Source of the DNA: Octopus vulgaris
Lineage: Eukaryota
Assembly (NCBI GenBank): GCA_951406725.2
Contig: OX597819.1
Coordinates: forward strand, 93,868,001-93,932,000
Direction of reading: 5' to 3'
DNA: 64,000 bases
In this document: one piece after another, positions 52,927-64,000 of the stretch
Layout of the letters: every line of letters starts with the position of its first letter
How positions within the stretch are numbered: the stretch's first letter is position 1
Position numbers and translations under genes: made by a program
The notes under the pieces: generated by a model
What the model was told of the DNA's origin: nothing
The model's database searches: none
The model's input: only the letters and a program-made list of their open reading frames with translations

Positions 52927-53785
52927 ATTGGTTCTTTTTTTATGATAAATTTATGCTTAGTTGTCATAGCAACACAATTTTCTGAAACAAAAAAGCGTGA
53001 AACTGAGAGAATGTTGCAAGAGAGAAAACGTTTCCAATCATCAAGTACATTAGCGAGTAATTCCGAACCTGGAAGTTGTTATGCCGAAATTCTTAAATAC
53101 ATTGCACACTTATGGAGACGAACGAAACGGAAGATTATGAAACGATATTTTGATTCTCGGGGTAAACGTCAGAGGAAGATTAACCCCGAAAAAGCAATAT
53201 CTTTGCAACGAAAAAAAATGAAAAAGAAAGGGATGCAACCAACTATGTACCTCCATCGCCCTCACTATCGCCATCACATTCACTCTTGCCTTATTGCTAA
53301 TCTGGACAACCAGCAGTTACACACAGACAACAGTGCTCAGGCACCCAGAGCAAGCCCAGAAGTATCTGATGTAGACCCTGTCTCATCGCCACGTAGGCCC
53401 AATTTTTTGACATTACCAAGTAGCAACAACAGCAGTTTGAACCCTTCATCTGAGTCTTTAGTGCCAAACCCATCTGGAATTATCTGTAGTGGTTGCCAGT
53501 CTGCAGCAGGGTCCAGTCTTGGTCAACCAAGTGATCTGACCTCAGGCCAACCTTACAAACCTGCATCCTCATCAAATTATTTACACATGATTTCATCTGC
53601 AGGTCCGTGTGTAACGGTTAGCCGAGCAGCTTCATTCAACAGTGGAATGACTCAAAGAAGTAGCCGAAATGTACCTTGGTTACCTGAAGTTTTGACAGTA
53701 CCTGGCAGTAAACATACTGTCTTAGCACCTCCTAATGCACTAACATCAGATCTCGATGTGAAATCCCAATCTGTAAGCGAACAAG
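52927..53785 (+). CDS. Cav3: T-type Ca2+ channel exon: end of IS6, gating brake and I-II linker
   Basis: IGSFFMINLCLVVIATQFSETKKRETERM...SSSTLASNSEPGSCYAEILKYIAHLWRR...APRASPE; T-tract+TTTCAG acceptor (phase 0), AAG|GTAAGT donor (phase 1). Confidence 0.96.
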
Positions 53786-55770
53786 GTAAGTGTTTTTCAT
53801 TATACTAAAATTCTAATATAAAAATTTATTTCACTTATCACCATTAATTTGTTTTACTTATTCTGTAAACAGTTAAATCTTGAAGGTATCTGGAAAAGGT
53901 AACTAACTGCCTGGTTTAAATTTTGCCCAACTAATCTTGCAATATATATAACCTTACACTTTGCATTCAGCTGTTTATATAAATATTCATAAGTGTGGAT
54001 AGATTTGATGTTCATAAGTGTGGATAAATTTGTTTGCTATGAGAATAACAGAGACTTGATACTTCCTGAGAAAATCTTTATCTGGAAATGAAAAAAATCT
54101 CTTTTTTTTTCAAGTAAAAATTCTTCTTTCTATTAGATGAATAGCCAATCCTGAAAAGACAAATCTTTCTTCTCTTTATGACATATAACTTATCAAAACA
54201 AACTCATTAATACTTTAACATTTAGATTTCCTTGTCAAATATATTGCTTATTTATTCACATTGTTTCTGTTGAGGAAGGATTCCAACCACCCACCAAGTG
54301 ACTAAAAGGTGGACTGACTCATTGTTATAAAATAAAGAACTGTGAGTGACTGACAGTTCAGGTTGGTAAGCAGTTCACTGTGAGCCATGAATGAGAGAGT
54401 TGAATCTGTGTGTTATAGTAATAGTAGTACATGATGTAAATGCTTTCTTTCCCCTTGCTTTGTTAAATTATATATCCGACATACAAGGATTAAAAAGTTT
54501 TGAATTAATCATGCATTATCTTGTGAAGTTGAATCAGGTCAGTTTCAACATAAAACAGGTAGACTATTACAGCCAGACATGGCTGGATTAAACACTAAAG
54601 GCTTAACTTCATTCACTGAGTAATTATTGTCAATACAGGTCACACAAGGTTTTCTCAGATTCTGCTCTGTAATTTTTTATTAGTCTATAACTCTACCTCT
54701 AAAGATTTTTAGAAATTGTGAATTATTTCACCAACCCATCTTTTTCTTGATTTTTTAAGTGTTGCAATTATCTTGTTTTTAGTTCATCTAAGAAGAAATA
54801 TCATCCTGTCATCTCTAAAGCACCTTAATATTCTTTTACTCTTTGTTCTTTAACTTGATTCAATCATTGAACCATAGCCATGCTGGTTCATGCAGTACCT
54901 TGAATGGCTAGGGTCAATCAAATCGACCCTAGTACTTATTTTAAGTTTGGTAGTTATCCATTTTAAACACTACCTGCTGAAAGCATGGGATTCCCTGTTA
55001 ATTAGACTCCAAAAGATCCTACAAACTAAAAGCAACTCAAGGTCAAAATTCCTTGTTTCCCTTCTTTTGGCCCATATCAACCGGTCTAAGGGAGATAACC
55101 CATCTTTGCCAACCCAGAGTGTTTATGCTTTGGTGACTTACTAACCAACTGACCATAATGGATTCCAGCCTCCCAGGGATGAAGAGTTACATTTGTCTTT
55201 GGCTTTAGAGTCTGACAAGCCACCCATGGGGCTAAGCCCTTTGTGGATGCAAAACCATTGGCCACCCTATGACCGGACATAGGCTTAATTACATCATCAT
55301 CATCATCGTTTAATGTCCGTTTTCCATGCTAGCATGAGTCGGGCGATTTAACTGAGGACTGGCGAACCAGATGGCTGCACCAGACTCCAATCTTGATTTG
55401 GCAGAGTTTCTACAGCTGGATGCCCTTCCTAACACCAACCACTCTGAGAGTGTAGTGGGTGCATCTTACGTGCCACCGGTACAAGGGCCAGTCAGGTGGT
55501 ACTGGCAATGACCTCGCTCGAATCCTTTTGCACATGCCACCAGTACAGGTGCCAGTAAGGCGACGTTATAAAATAAATGTGTGTGTGGGTCTATTTTTAT
55601 ATATACAACAGGCTCCTTCACTTTCTGTCTAACTTCACTCACAGTTTAGTGGATGAGCTACTACAAAAGAATGTTAGCTGATGACATTCCTGCAATGGGA
55701 ACTAAACCCCTAACCTCAAAGTTCTTAAGCAAACTTCTCAACCACACATCCATGCCAGTGCACATATATA

Positions 55771-55815
<45 letters not shown>

Positions 55816-57654
55816 ACATATGCATTCTGACATTTTCTAACCTTTGGTTGTTATTATCATCATGAGTAAACTTCTTATCTTATCATCTTGATTCTTCTTT
55901 TTTATACAACTTTTCTATTGATCGATACCTTATCACCAAATATACCAAACAGTGATCAAAGAATTATAATAATATTTAATGGCTTCCCTGAGTCCATTGA
56001 GCTAATCGTTTTCTGGATTTGTTGCGAAGCAGCTTTTAAAGATAGCTATCACACCATACAGTTTAAATTTCCAGGTCTTTCCGACATTTATTCAAAAATA
56101 TTCTAGTTATCAAAAATACTTTCTGATTCAGACTTCCAGATAACATATGATATTAATCTGCGACAGATAATGAATTATACTGTTTGGTAGAAGCTTGTAG
56201 TTTGGCAGTATTCTTAAGAGAGAAGAGATTTAGGCTAATGCTATATCTGTGTTAGAAAAAGGATTTAGTATGGCTAAATATAGATGATGGCATGGAATGA
56301 TCTCAAGCTGATCTCAGGACCTTGAACTTCACAAAGGAGATGACAAGGGGTTAGGATGACTGCTGATATGAAATTCTTGAGAAAACTGCCAATCTGAGAT
56401 CTTGGAAGCACAGTGTTGTATTTATATTCACTTGCATATCCATATATATATATATATAATCATTGTTTAATGTCTGCTTTCCATGGTAGTATGGGTTAGA
56501 TGGTTTTATTGAAGACTGACAAGCCAGAAGGCTGTACCAGACTCCAATCTGATCTGGGAAGGTTTCTACAGCTGGATGTAGAACACCAACCTTCCTAACA
56601 CCAGCCCCTCTGAGAGTGTAGTGGGTGCTTTTTACATGCCACCAGCACTGGCAATGACCATGCTCGAATGGTGCTTTTTACATGCTACTGGCAATGGAGC
56701 GGAAATCTGCACTGGCATCTCTTCAGTTATTGAGGCAATTAAAATATGCTATAAAAATGATTACTAAACAAAGGAAAATTACTATGTAAAGGACCATTAT
56801 TAAGACAAAACTGCTATTAGAATGATCGTTAAATAAGGCAAAAAACCGAAGGGGAGGAAGTAAAAAGTAAAAGAGTAAGAAAGCTCATAGCAATCATGTG
56901 TGCATGCATGTACATACATACACATGCTCAAACGCACACCCATGTACATGTGCCTATATGCATATGTTCACTCAGAATCGCATGAAACACACACATGTGC
57001 ATCCACACATATGTCAAATAGATGCACATATATATGCAACCATGCATGTACATGTATACAAATTCATATACACACACATACAGGCACATACCCATATGTG
57101 CATAGTTATATTCAAACATATATGTGCACACACATACACACACACAAATGTACATGTACATAACCATATCTGCACAGTTATATTCAAATACACATCTAAA
57201 AAACATACATGCTATATATGCATATGCTCACTTACATTCGTGTAGACTCCCACATACATATGCAACCATACACATGTGCATATACATGTACATATATACA
57301 TACCTGCACTTATGCACTCACACACATACAAAAATTTCATATACATGACTATATACACACATACACAAGAAAAATGCAGGGTGGAAGATAAAATACAGCG
57401 AAAAAGTGTAAAAATATATAAAGTAATAAAAATATACAAATGTATATATCTCTATAAGTATGTAAAAAAATATGTAAAAATATGTAAGAAATATATATAA
57501 AAAGCTTAGAGAGATAAAAATCTTGTATGTGGACACAATATAAAAAGCAAGTGCTATCTGTGATCTTGGGGGGATCAAAAACGTAACAAATATTTAGTCA
57601 CATATGGACATGATCAAAAAAGTTCAGTTCTTGAATTTAGACATGTAGCAGAGT

Positions 57655-58535
57655 CTAAGCTGCCTTTCCATATGAGCCATCTTTCCATATCACAAAGACC
57701 ACACTTGCTATTACCGTTGATGTAAGGTTAAACTTGGCTAAGATCTTCCAATGGATGTTGTAACTGATACCTTTATCTTTTAAGGACCATATGTTACTGG
57801 ATAATTTGGTTGTTTTCCTTTTATCCCAGTGCCTGAATCTCAAGGTGTGATTATTGAACCTGGCCTTAAAATTCCCCTCTGTAAGGCCCACATATTTCTT
57901 TGTCAAAACTGTGCCCTTAGTGGTTGTAGAGTCTACGATGGCTTCATAAATGATTGTCTCAGAAATGCAAGCTCCATTTAGCGGGCACAAATTTTTATCC
58001 CTGCATGAACAGCTGGTTTCATTTTATGGTTTTTGTGTTTTGTGTGTGATAATATTTTTAAATTAGTACTTGAGCTGAAACTGATTTTTAAGCTATGTCT
58101 ATTGAAGAAATTTCTGTAACTATGGTTGACTGGAAAATGTCTATCTATCAGTGCTAAGAAATACTTACCTATATTAAAGGTTACTTCGGGAGAGTAGGGT
58201 GTGTGAACCAGACAGTTTTCCTATTCCTATGTTTCCTTTTCTTTATTATTGGACTGGTGGCAGGTGTATAGCTTATTTCCTCACTAAAACCATTATCTTT
58301 TAGAGCATTAATATATACTGGGGCAGCACTATTAAAAATGTCCCTATCAGAGGAGAGGCTAGGAATTCTTCAGCTAATGTTTTTAACTCAATTTTTAAAC
58401 ACTATGGTGGGATGGCAGGAACCCACATTAATATAACTAAGTCTATCGTGGGGCTTACTATAAGACTTATAAATATTCTTATTTAGATCTAAGGATACAT
58501 GTAAGAAATTGACAACCGTCAGGTTGGTATCTAAG
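57655..58535 (-). pseudogene. PLE RT C-terminus plus GIY-YIG endonuclease remnant (stops and frameshifts)
   Basis: VVNFLHVSLDLNKNIYKSYSKPHDRLSYINVGSCHP...IFNSAAPVYINALKDNGF; NIGKYFLALIDRHFP; CPLNGACISETIIYEAIV...KKYVGLTEGNFKARFNNH...TKLSSNIWSLKDKG. Confidence 0.9.
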
Positions 58536-59331
58536 ACCAAAAATTTTCATCATTTGTCAATTTCCTTTTAATATATATATACTTTTATGTATATATTTTA
58601 TATATATATACTTTTTATATATATTTCTTATATGTTTTTTGCATATTTTTTACATACTTATATATTTTCATAATTTCAGTGCTTTATATATTTTTACACT
58701 TTTTTCCTGTATTTTACCTTCTACACTTCTTTTTTCTTGTGCATGTGCATATATAGACATGCATATGAAATTTTTGTATGTGTGTGTGTGTGCAGGTATG
58801 TATATATGTACATGTATATGCACATGTGTATGGTTGCATATTTACGTGGGAGTCCATGTGAGTGTAAGTGAGCATATGCATATATAGCATGTATGTTTTT
58901 TAGATGTACCTTTGAATATAACTGTGTGCATATGGTTACATGCACATGTGTGTGTTCGCATGTGTGTATTTGAATATAACTGTGCATGTATGGATATGTG
59001 TATGTGTGTGTGTGGATTTGTATAAGTGTACATGCATGGTTGCATATATATGCACATCTATTTGACAAATGTGTGGGTGCACATGTGTGTGTTTCATGCG
59101 AGTCTCAGTGAACATATGCATATAGGCACATGTACGTGGGTGTGCATACACAAATGTGTATGTATGTACATGCATGGACACATGATTGCTATGAGCTTTC
59201 TTACTCTTTTACTTTTTACTTCCTCCCCTTCAGTTTTTTGCCTTATTTAATGATCATTCTTTTGTCTTAATAACGGTCATTTACATAGTAATTTTCCTTT
59301 GTTTAATGGTCATTTTCATAGCATATTTTAA

Positions 59332-59406
59332 TTGCCTCAATAACTGAAGAGATGTCGGTGCAGGTTTCTGCCCTGACATCCAAAACTCAGAGTTTTATTA
59401 TGGCAA
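59332..59406 (+). ncRNA. type I hammerhead ribozyme-like motif at the end of the PLE pseudo-LTR (core mutated)
   Basis: stem I TTGCCTCAATAA/TTATTATGGCAA; CTGAAGA; 13-bp stem II GATGTCGGTGCAG/CTGCCCTGACATC; CAAAA in place of CGAAA; stem III CTC-A-GAG; TT. Confidence 0.7.
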
Positions 59407-59541
59407 CCGAATAATTGTCACATATTATATTACAAATAAATTCCTCTATTTACATAATATCGAGATCTCTTTCATTCTTTTGCTGTCTCATCATTACTAT
59501 TAATATATTTTTTATTTTCTCTCCCTGTTTCTTTCTGTGTT

Positions 59542-59580
59542 CCTTTCTGTGGAAGAGCGTAGGCTCGAAATGTTAAAGAC
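59542..59580 (+). ncRNA. degenerate minimal hammerhead-like motif in a short repeat element (about 59430-59670)
   Basis: CTTT CTGTGGA A GAGC GTAG GCTC GAAA TG TT AAAG. Confidence 0.4.
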
Positions 59581-59678
59581 TTCTTTATTTCCTGAGTGCT
59601 AAACTAATACATCTGTTGTTGTCTACACCACCTGTCTTCGTCTTTTGTTTTTTTTTGTGAATTCTCCCCCTATATATA

Positions 59679-59737
<59 letters not shown>

Positions 59738-59760
59738 ATATATATATATGTATATATATG

Positions 59761-59811
<51 letters not shown>

Positions 59812-59819
59812 ACATATAT

Positions 59820-59874
<55 letters not shown>

Positions 59875-60190
59875 CAAAGAGAGAGAGAAAGGGAGATAGA
59901 CAGACAAATAGATAGATACACTTATATACATAAATTACTCAGCTTCTACCAATATTTTAAATCATAAAATGACCTCTAAGGATGACAATATTAATGACAA
60001 GAAAATTGGAAGGTTAAATATGACTTCATTTATAATAGAAATTGGGAAATTCCATATGACAGAAAAGTTTGCAATATAATTAAAGCATTTCTATGTTATC
60101 CTTTGGAGAGGAGTCTCCTTTAGCTTTGTAATTTGAACTTTGGTATCTGAAATATGGCCATCTGTGCCTACATAATTCATACATTTATAC

Positions 60191-60222
<32 letters not shown>

Positions 60223-60239
60223 TTTATTATTTTTTTATA

Positions 60240-60920
60240 AAGCAGAAACACTGCAAATTATAAAAAAATGATACAGGCTGATGTTGGTACTTATGTCTTG
60301 TATATCAATATTTTGGTGACAGAACCTCTTCTTCAGGAAATCTTCAGAGAAATGGTGATGTGAGTTGACTTCTCTATCCTGTTGTGTGTGAGAGGAGGGA
60401 AGGGGGAAGGGTTGTTATATATTGCTATAGCAGCCAATCAGCTGCATGCAGTTTGGTTCTATTATTAATATGTGGGTTAAGGTAGCAAGGTGTCAGAAAC
60501 ACCAGGCAGAATGCTTTGCAGCATTTCATCCATTTTTAAGTTCTGAGTTCAAAAGCCGCTGGGGTCAACTTTGTCTTCATCTTTTCAGGTTTAATAAAAT
60601 AATTACCAGTTGAGCACTAGGGTTGATGTAACTGATTTACCCTCTCCCCTTTTGGCCTTGTGCCAAAATTTGAAACCACTATTAATATATGGGCTGTACT
60701 TGTTAATCAAGTTAGCTTTTATGCTAATGCTTCTTCTGTCACAAAACACCTACAGAAATCCCACACCCAAGACATCCAAGTTTCCCTCGAAGCAACGGAA
60801 AGGGACATTGGAAACTCATGAACAAAAGAAGCTATTTTAATTAACAACCCACATATTAATAACAGAACTGGACTACTGCAGCTGATTGGTTACTATAGGA
60901 ACACAAAACAATCCCTTGTA
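60240..60920 (+). mobile_element. short PLE relic: GIY-YIG C-terminus with an inverted pseudo-LTR, SINE B inserted
   Basis: arms 60407-60478 and 60846-60917 are reverse complements; 60720-60845 reads SSVTKHLQKSHTQDIQVSLEATERDIGNS*TKEAILIN. Confidence 0.6.
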
Positions 60921-61962
60921 TATACACACAAGAGAGAGTGAGAGAGAGAGAGAGAAAGAGAGTGAGAGAGAAAATAACCTATTCATGTACTTGACTGGAA
61001 CTTTATTAAGTGTTAAGTTAGTTAAGTTAAATTTTGGGCTCAAAAAGCAAAAGGCAAGGCCATGTAGGGGGACATGGAGTTATGTACAGGGTGGTGTACA
61101 TGCAAAGAGTTCAGGCCATTTGTGGTCAAGAGAGGCTTTGAACTGAGTGGTCGTCAGCATCCACCAATAGTTTGAAAAAAAAGAAGTTAATTTTAGCAGG
61201 ACTTGGACTCAAAGAGAAGAGAATTGGAATAAATATTGCAAGGCATTCTAACCAACATCCAAATGATTTTACCAATTTGCTGCCTCTGTATAATAGTAGG
61301 CCAAAACAAAAATTACAGAATTAAACATTATGACATAAGAACTAATTATTCTTTCAAAGGTTCACAACACATATCTATACTCTAAATAATAATGATCAAA
61401 TGGTAAACTGGTGTAGCACAAGGTATATCTCTGTGTAACAGATATTTATAAAACCTATTATATGTATTATGTCCTGTGTGTATACATAAATACATACGTA
61501 TGTATACACACACACACACATGCATGCACACACACATATATATACATACATATACATACATATATATATAGATAGATAGATGCACACACACACATACACA
61601 CACACACATACACACACACACATACACACACACACATATATACATATATATATCATCATCATCATCATCATCATTTAGCGTCCGTTTTCCATGCTCAACA
61701 GGATCAAATATATCTTTTAGGCAATGCTCCAACATAGTTATTGTGCAATGTAAAGACCAGTAAATGAAAAAGTGACTATATATATATATATATATGTATA
61801 TGTAAAAGTACCCACTACACTCTCAGAGTGGTTGGCATTAGGAAGGGCATCCAGCTGTAGAAACTCTGCCAGATCAGATTGGAGTCTGGTGCAGCCATCT
61901 GGTTCACCAGACCTCAGTCAAATCGTCCAACCCATGCTAGTATGGAAAGTGGATGTTAAACA

Positions 61963-61974
61963 ATGATGATGATA

Positions 61975-62023
<49 letters not shown>

Positions 62024-62030
62024 CGATGAT
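61963..62030. repeat. (GAT)n SINE tail microsatellite
   Basis: direct reading. Confidence 0.9.
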
Positions 62031-62649
62031 GGACTCTCCCATTGAAGAGGACAAATGAGTGTTCAGCTTTTGCCAAACGACCTACGAAAATGATTTGTTT
62101 ATAGTGATCAAATGTTCATGCTTCATATTAGTTCCCTCTCTCCATCAAATCAACATTGTCTGAATAGGTGCACTGTGTGTCACACATCAGATGTCGAAGT
62201 GATCGCCGAGCAATGTTAGACGAAGTGTTTCAGTCAAGAACACAATGCACCACCTGGCCTAGGAATTGAAATCACAATCACTCAATCATGATTCCAATAC
62301 CCTAACTACAAGGCCATGCACCCTCACATATGTATACATGTGTGTATGTGTGTATATATATATATATCCTTCTCCCTCTTCTCTTTCTGTATGCTACCTT
62401 TGACATTATATCTACTAAAAGTTTTTTTAAAAACAAATTAATAGCGTTTCCTTCATCAATATACACAGTCATCACATCCTGTTAAAATGTCTTATTGATG
62501 TGTTTGGTTTCTTTATTTCCCTGATGAGAAGATTGCATTGTTTTACACCATTTTATTCCTTCTGGAATAATACCAATGTTGTCTTCGAAAAAATACGTCG
62601 GAAGTAAAAGAATTTGAATAACACCTGCGTTTAACTCCATTTATTTATT

Positions 62650-62722
<73 letters not shown>

Positions 62723-62725
<3 letters not shown>

Positions 62726-63871
62726 GGTCATCCTATAAATAATGCAGTTTTTTTATACTTCTTTTATTTTTCAAAATTAAGATAAACAAAGTTATTTATT
62801 AATCTAAAATATACTCTCCTTCATTTTCTACATCTATCTGGTAGACTTCCAAAATTCACTTGTCCATGATGAAAAATATTCCTACAGTACTGTTCTGAGC
62901 TCATCTACAGAATTCATATTTTTTCATCCAAATGATTTTGAAGACTGTGGAATAAATGATAATCAGAAGGGGCAATATCCATCAAATTGGATGGATGGGG
63001 TATCATTTCCCATTCAAACTGCTCCAGCCTTTGGAATGTCATTTTCGCTGTATGTTGCCGAGCATTATCCTGATGGAAGAACACCTTTCGTCTTGAAACC
63101 AAAGAGGGTCCTTTTTCTTCTAGTGCTGGCTTAAACAGCTCAGGTTGCTCATGGTAGATCTCCTTAGCTATCACTAGGTTTGAGTTTAAAAGTTCAAATT
63201 GAACTAAACCTTTTCATATCCCACCAAACAAATAACACCTTACATGGCGGAAGACCTTCTTTAGCCTGGGTTGCCAGTGTTTCTCCTTTCCCAACCCACT
63301 GTCCTCAGCACCTGACATTTTTATACAGAACCCATTTCTTGTCACCAGTTACAATTCAGTCCAAAAAAGGCTCATTCATGAGACATGACAGCAAAAACAA
63401 GCAAACATGCACTTTCTACATGTGATTAAACTCAGAAGATTTGTGAGGAACCCACTGACCCAATTTGCTGTCTTTTCCAATGGCACATAGGTGCCAATGG
63501 ATGGTTGAATGACCAAATCCAACTGTAGTTTCCAGCTCAGAATTTCTGGAACCAACGTTGATACTGGCTTATGCTTATTATCTGATCCCCATATATTGCA
63601 TTTATATTATTCACACTTTTTGTTGTATTATTGCCTTTATTGAACTCATAAAGCAAAACAGTTTGAATATGCTCCTTCATCACTTCCATTATAGCTTTGA
63701 AAAATAACTGATAAAATCGAACTGCACTCTTTAAAAGTTGCACTTAGAATAAGGACAAGGTAAAATTAATAGCTGCTTTTGTAGCAAGTTGATGCAGGTA
63801 GTTTATCCCATCCCCCTCCAACTTTTAGTTCATGCAATTGAAATAAATGCATTATTTATGGGATGACCCAA
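62723..63871 (-). mobile_element. mariner (DD34D-type) relic, near full length, same family as 25217-26139
   Basis: TIRs GTTGGTCATCCTATAAATAATGC / GCATTATTTATGGGATGACCCAA with TA flanks; FHQDNARQHTA...HPSNLMDIAPSDYHLFHSLQNHL; MEVMKEHIQTVLLYEFNKG. Confidence 0.92.
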
Positions 63872-64000
63872 TATATATATATGGTGCCCCAGCATGGCCA
63901 CAGCTCGTGAGCTGAAACTAGATAAAGTGATAAAATGTAAAATGGAAATGATATATATATATGTATATATCATGCCAGCATGGAAAGCGGACGCTAAACG

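Larger units (their letters stand above)
56702..59406 (-). mobile_element. 5'-truncated Penelope-like element with inverted pseudo-LTRs
   Basis: arms 56702-57504 and 58611-59368 are reverse complements; the spacer encodes an RT thumb and a GIY-YIG domain on the minus strand. Confidence 0.9.

Noticed and set aside
53770-53778. Alternative donor CT|GTAAGC 13 nt upstream of the main donor
   Set aside because: It is phase 0 versus phase 1 for the stronger AAG|GTAAGT site, so it would frameshift against the same acceptor; no support without transcripts.
54965-55290. Higher-GC block possibly holding an exon or structured RNA
   Set aside because: No Cav3-like peptide, splice pair or convincing fold was found by eye; probably an unclassified repeat fragment.
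58360-58400. In-frame TGA codons in the PLE ORF as possible selenocysteine (reported for some Naiad PLEs)
   Set aside because: The TGAs do not fall at apparent Cys positions and the ORF also has frameshifts, so ordinary decay explains them; no SECIS was recognised.

Overview
AT-rich, microsatellite-dense eukaryotic DNA. The SINE families, the 5S rRNA sequence and the intron sizes suggest an octopus (coleoid cephalopod) genome; this is inference. The whole window lies inside one + strand gene for a T-type voltage-gated calcium channel alpha-1 subunit (Cav3). Three coding exons are visible: 21456-21738 (domain I turret), 28194-28286 (domain I selectivity filter and IS6) and 52927-53785 (end of IS6, gating brake, I-II linker with APRASPE). 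The introns between them are 6.5 kb and 24.6 kb, with more than 21 kb upstream and more than 10 kb downstream. The introns carry tRNA-type SINEs, mariner and maT transposon relics, Helitron-like, hAT-like and piggyBac-like MITEs, an R4/Dong-type LINE relic, two 5S rRNA copies and several Penelope-like element (PLE) relics. The most notable observations are: (1) fold-back structures carrying minimal hammerhead-ribozyme motifs, including a ~335 bp non-coding palindrome of two hammerhead units and a PLE with ~800 bp inverted arms, some with the hammerhead sense to the channel pre-mRNA; (2) a phase-compatible internal splice donor that would remove 208 aa of the I-II linker; (3) a 5S head joined to a SINE tail, a candidate SINE3. 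Almost all long ORFs in the supplied track are microsatellite artefacts.
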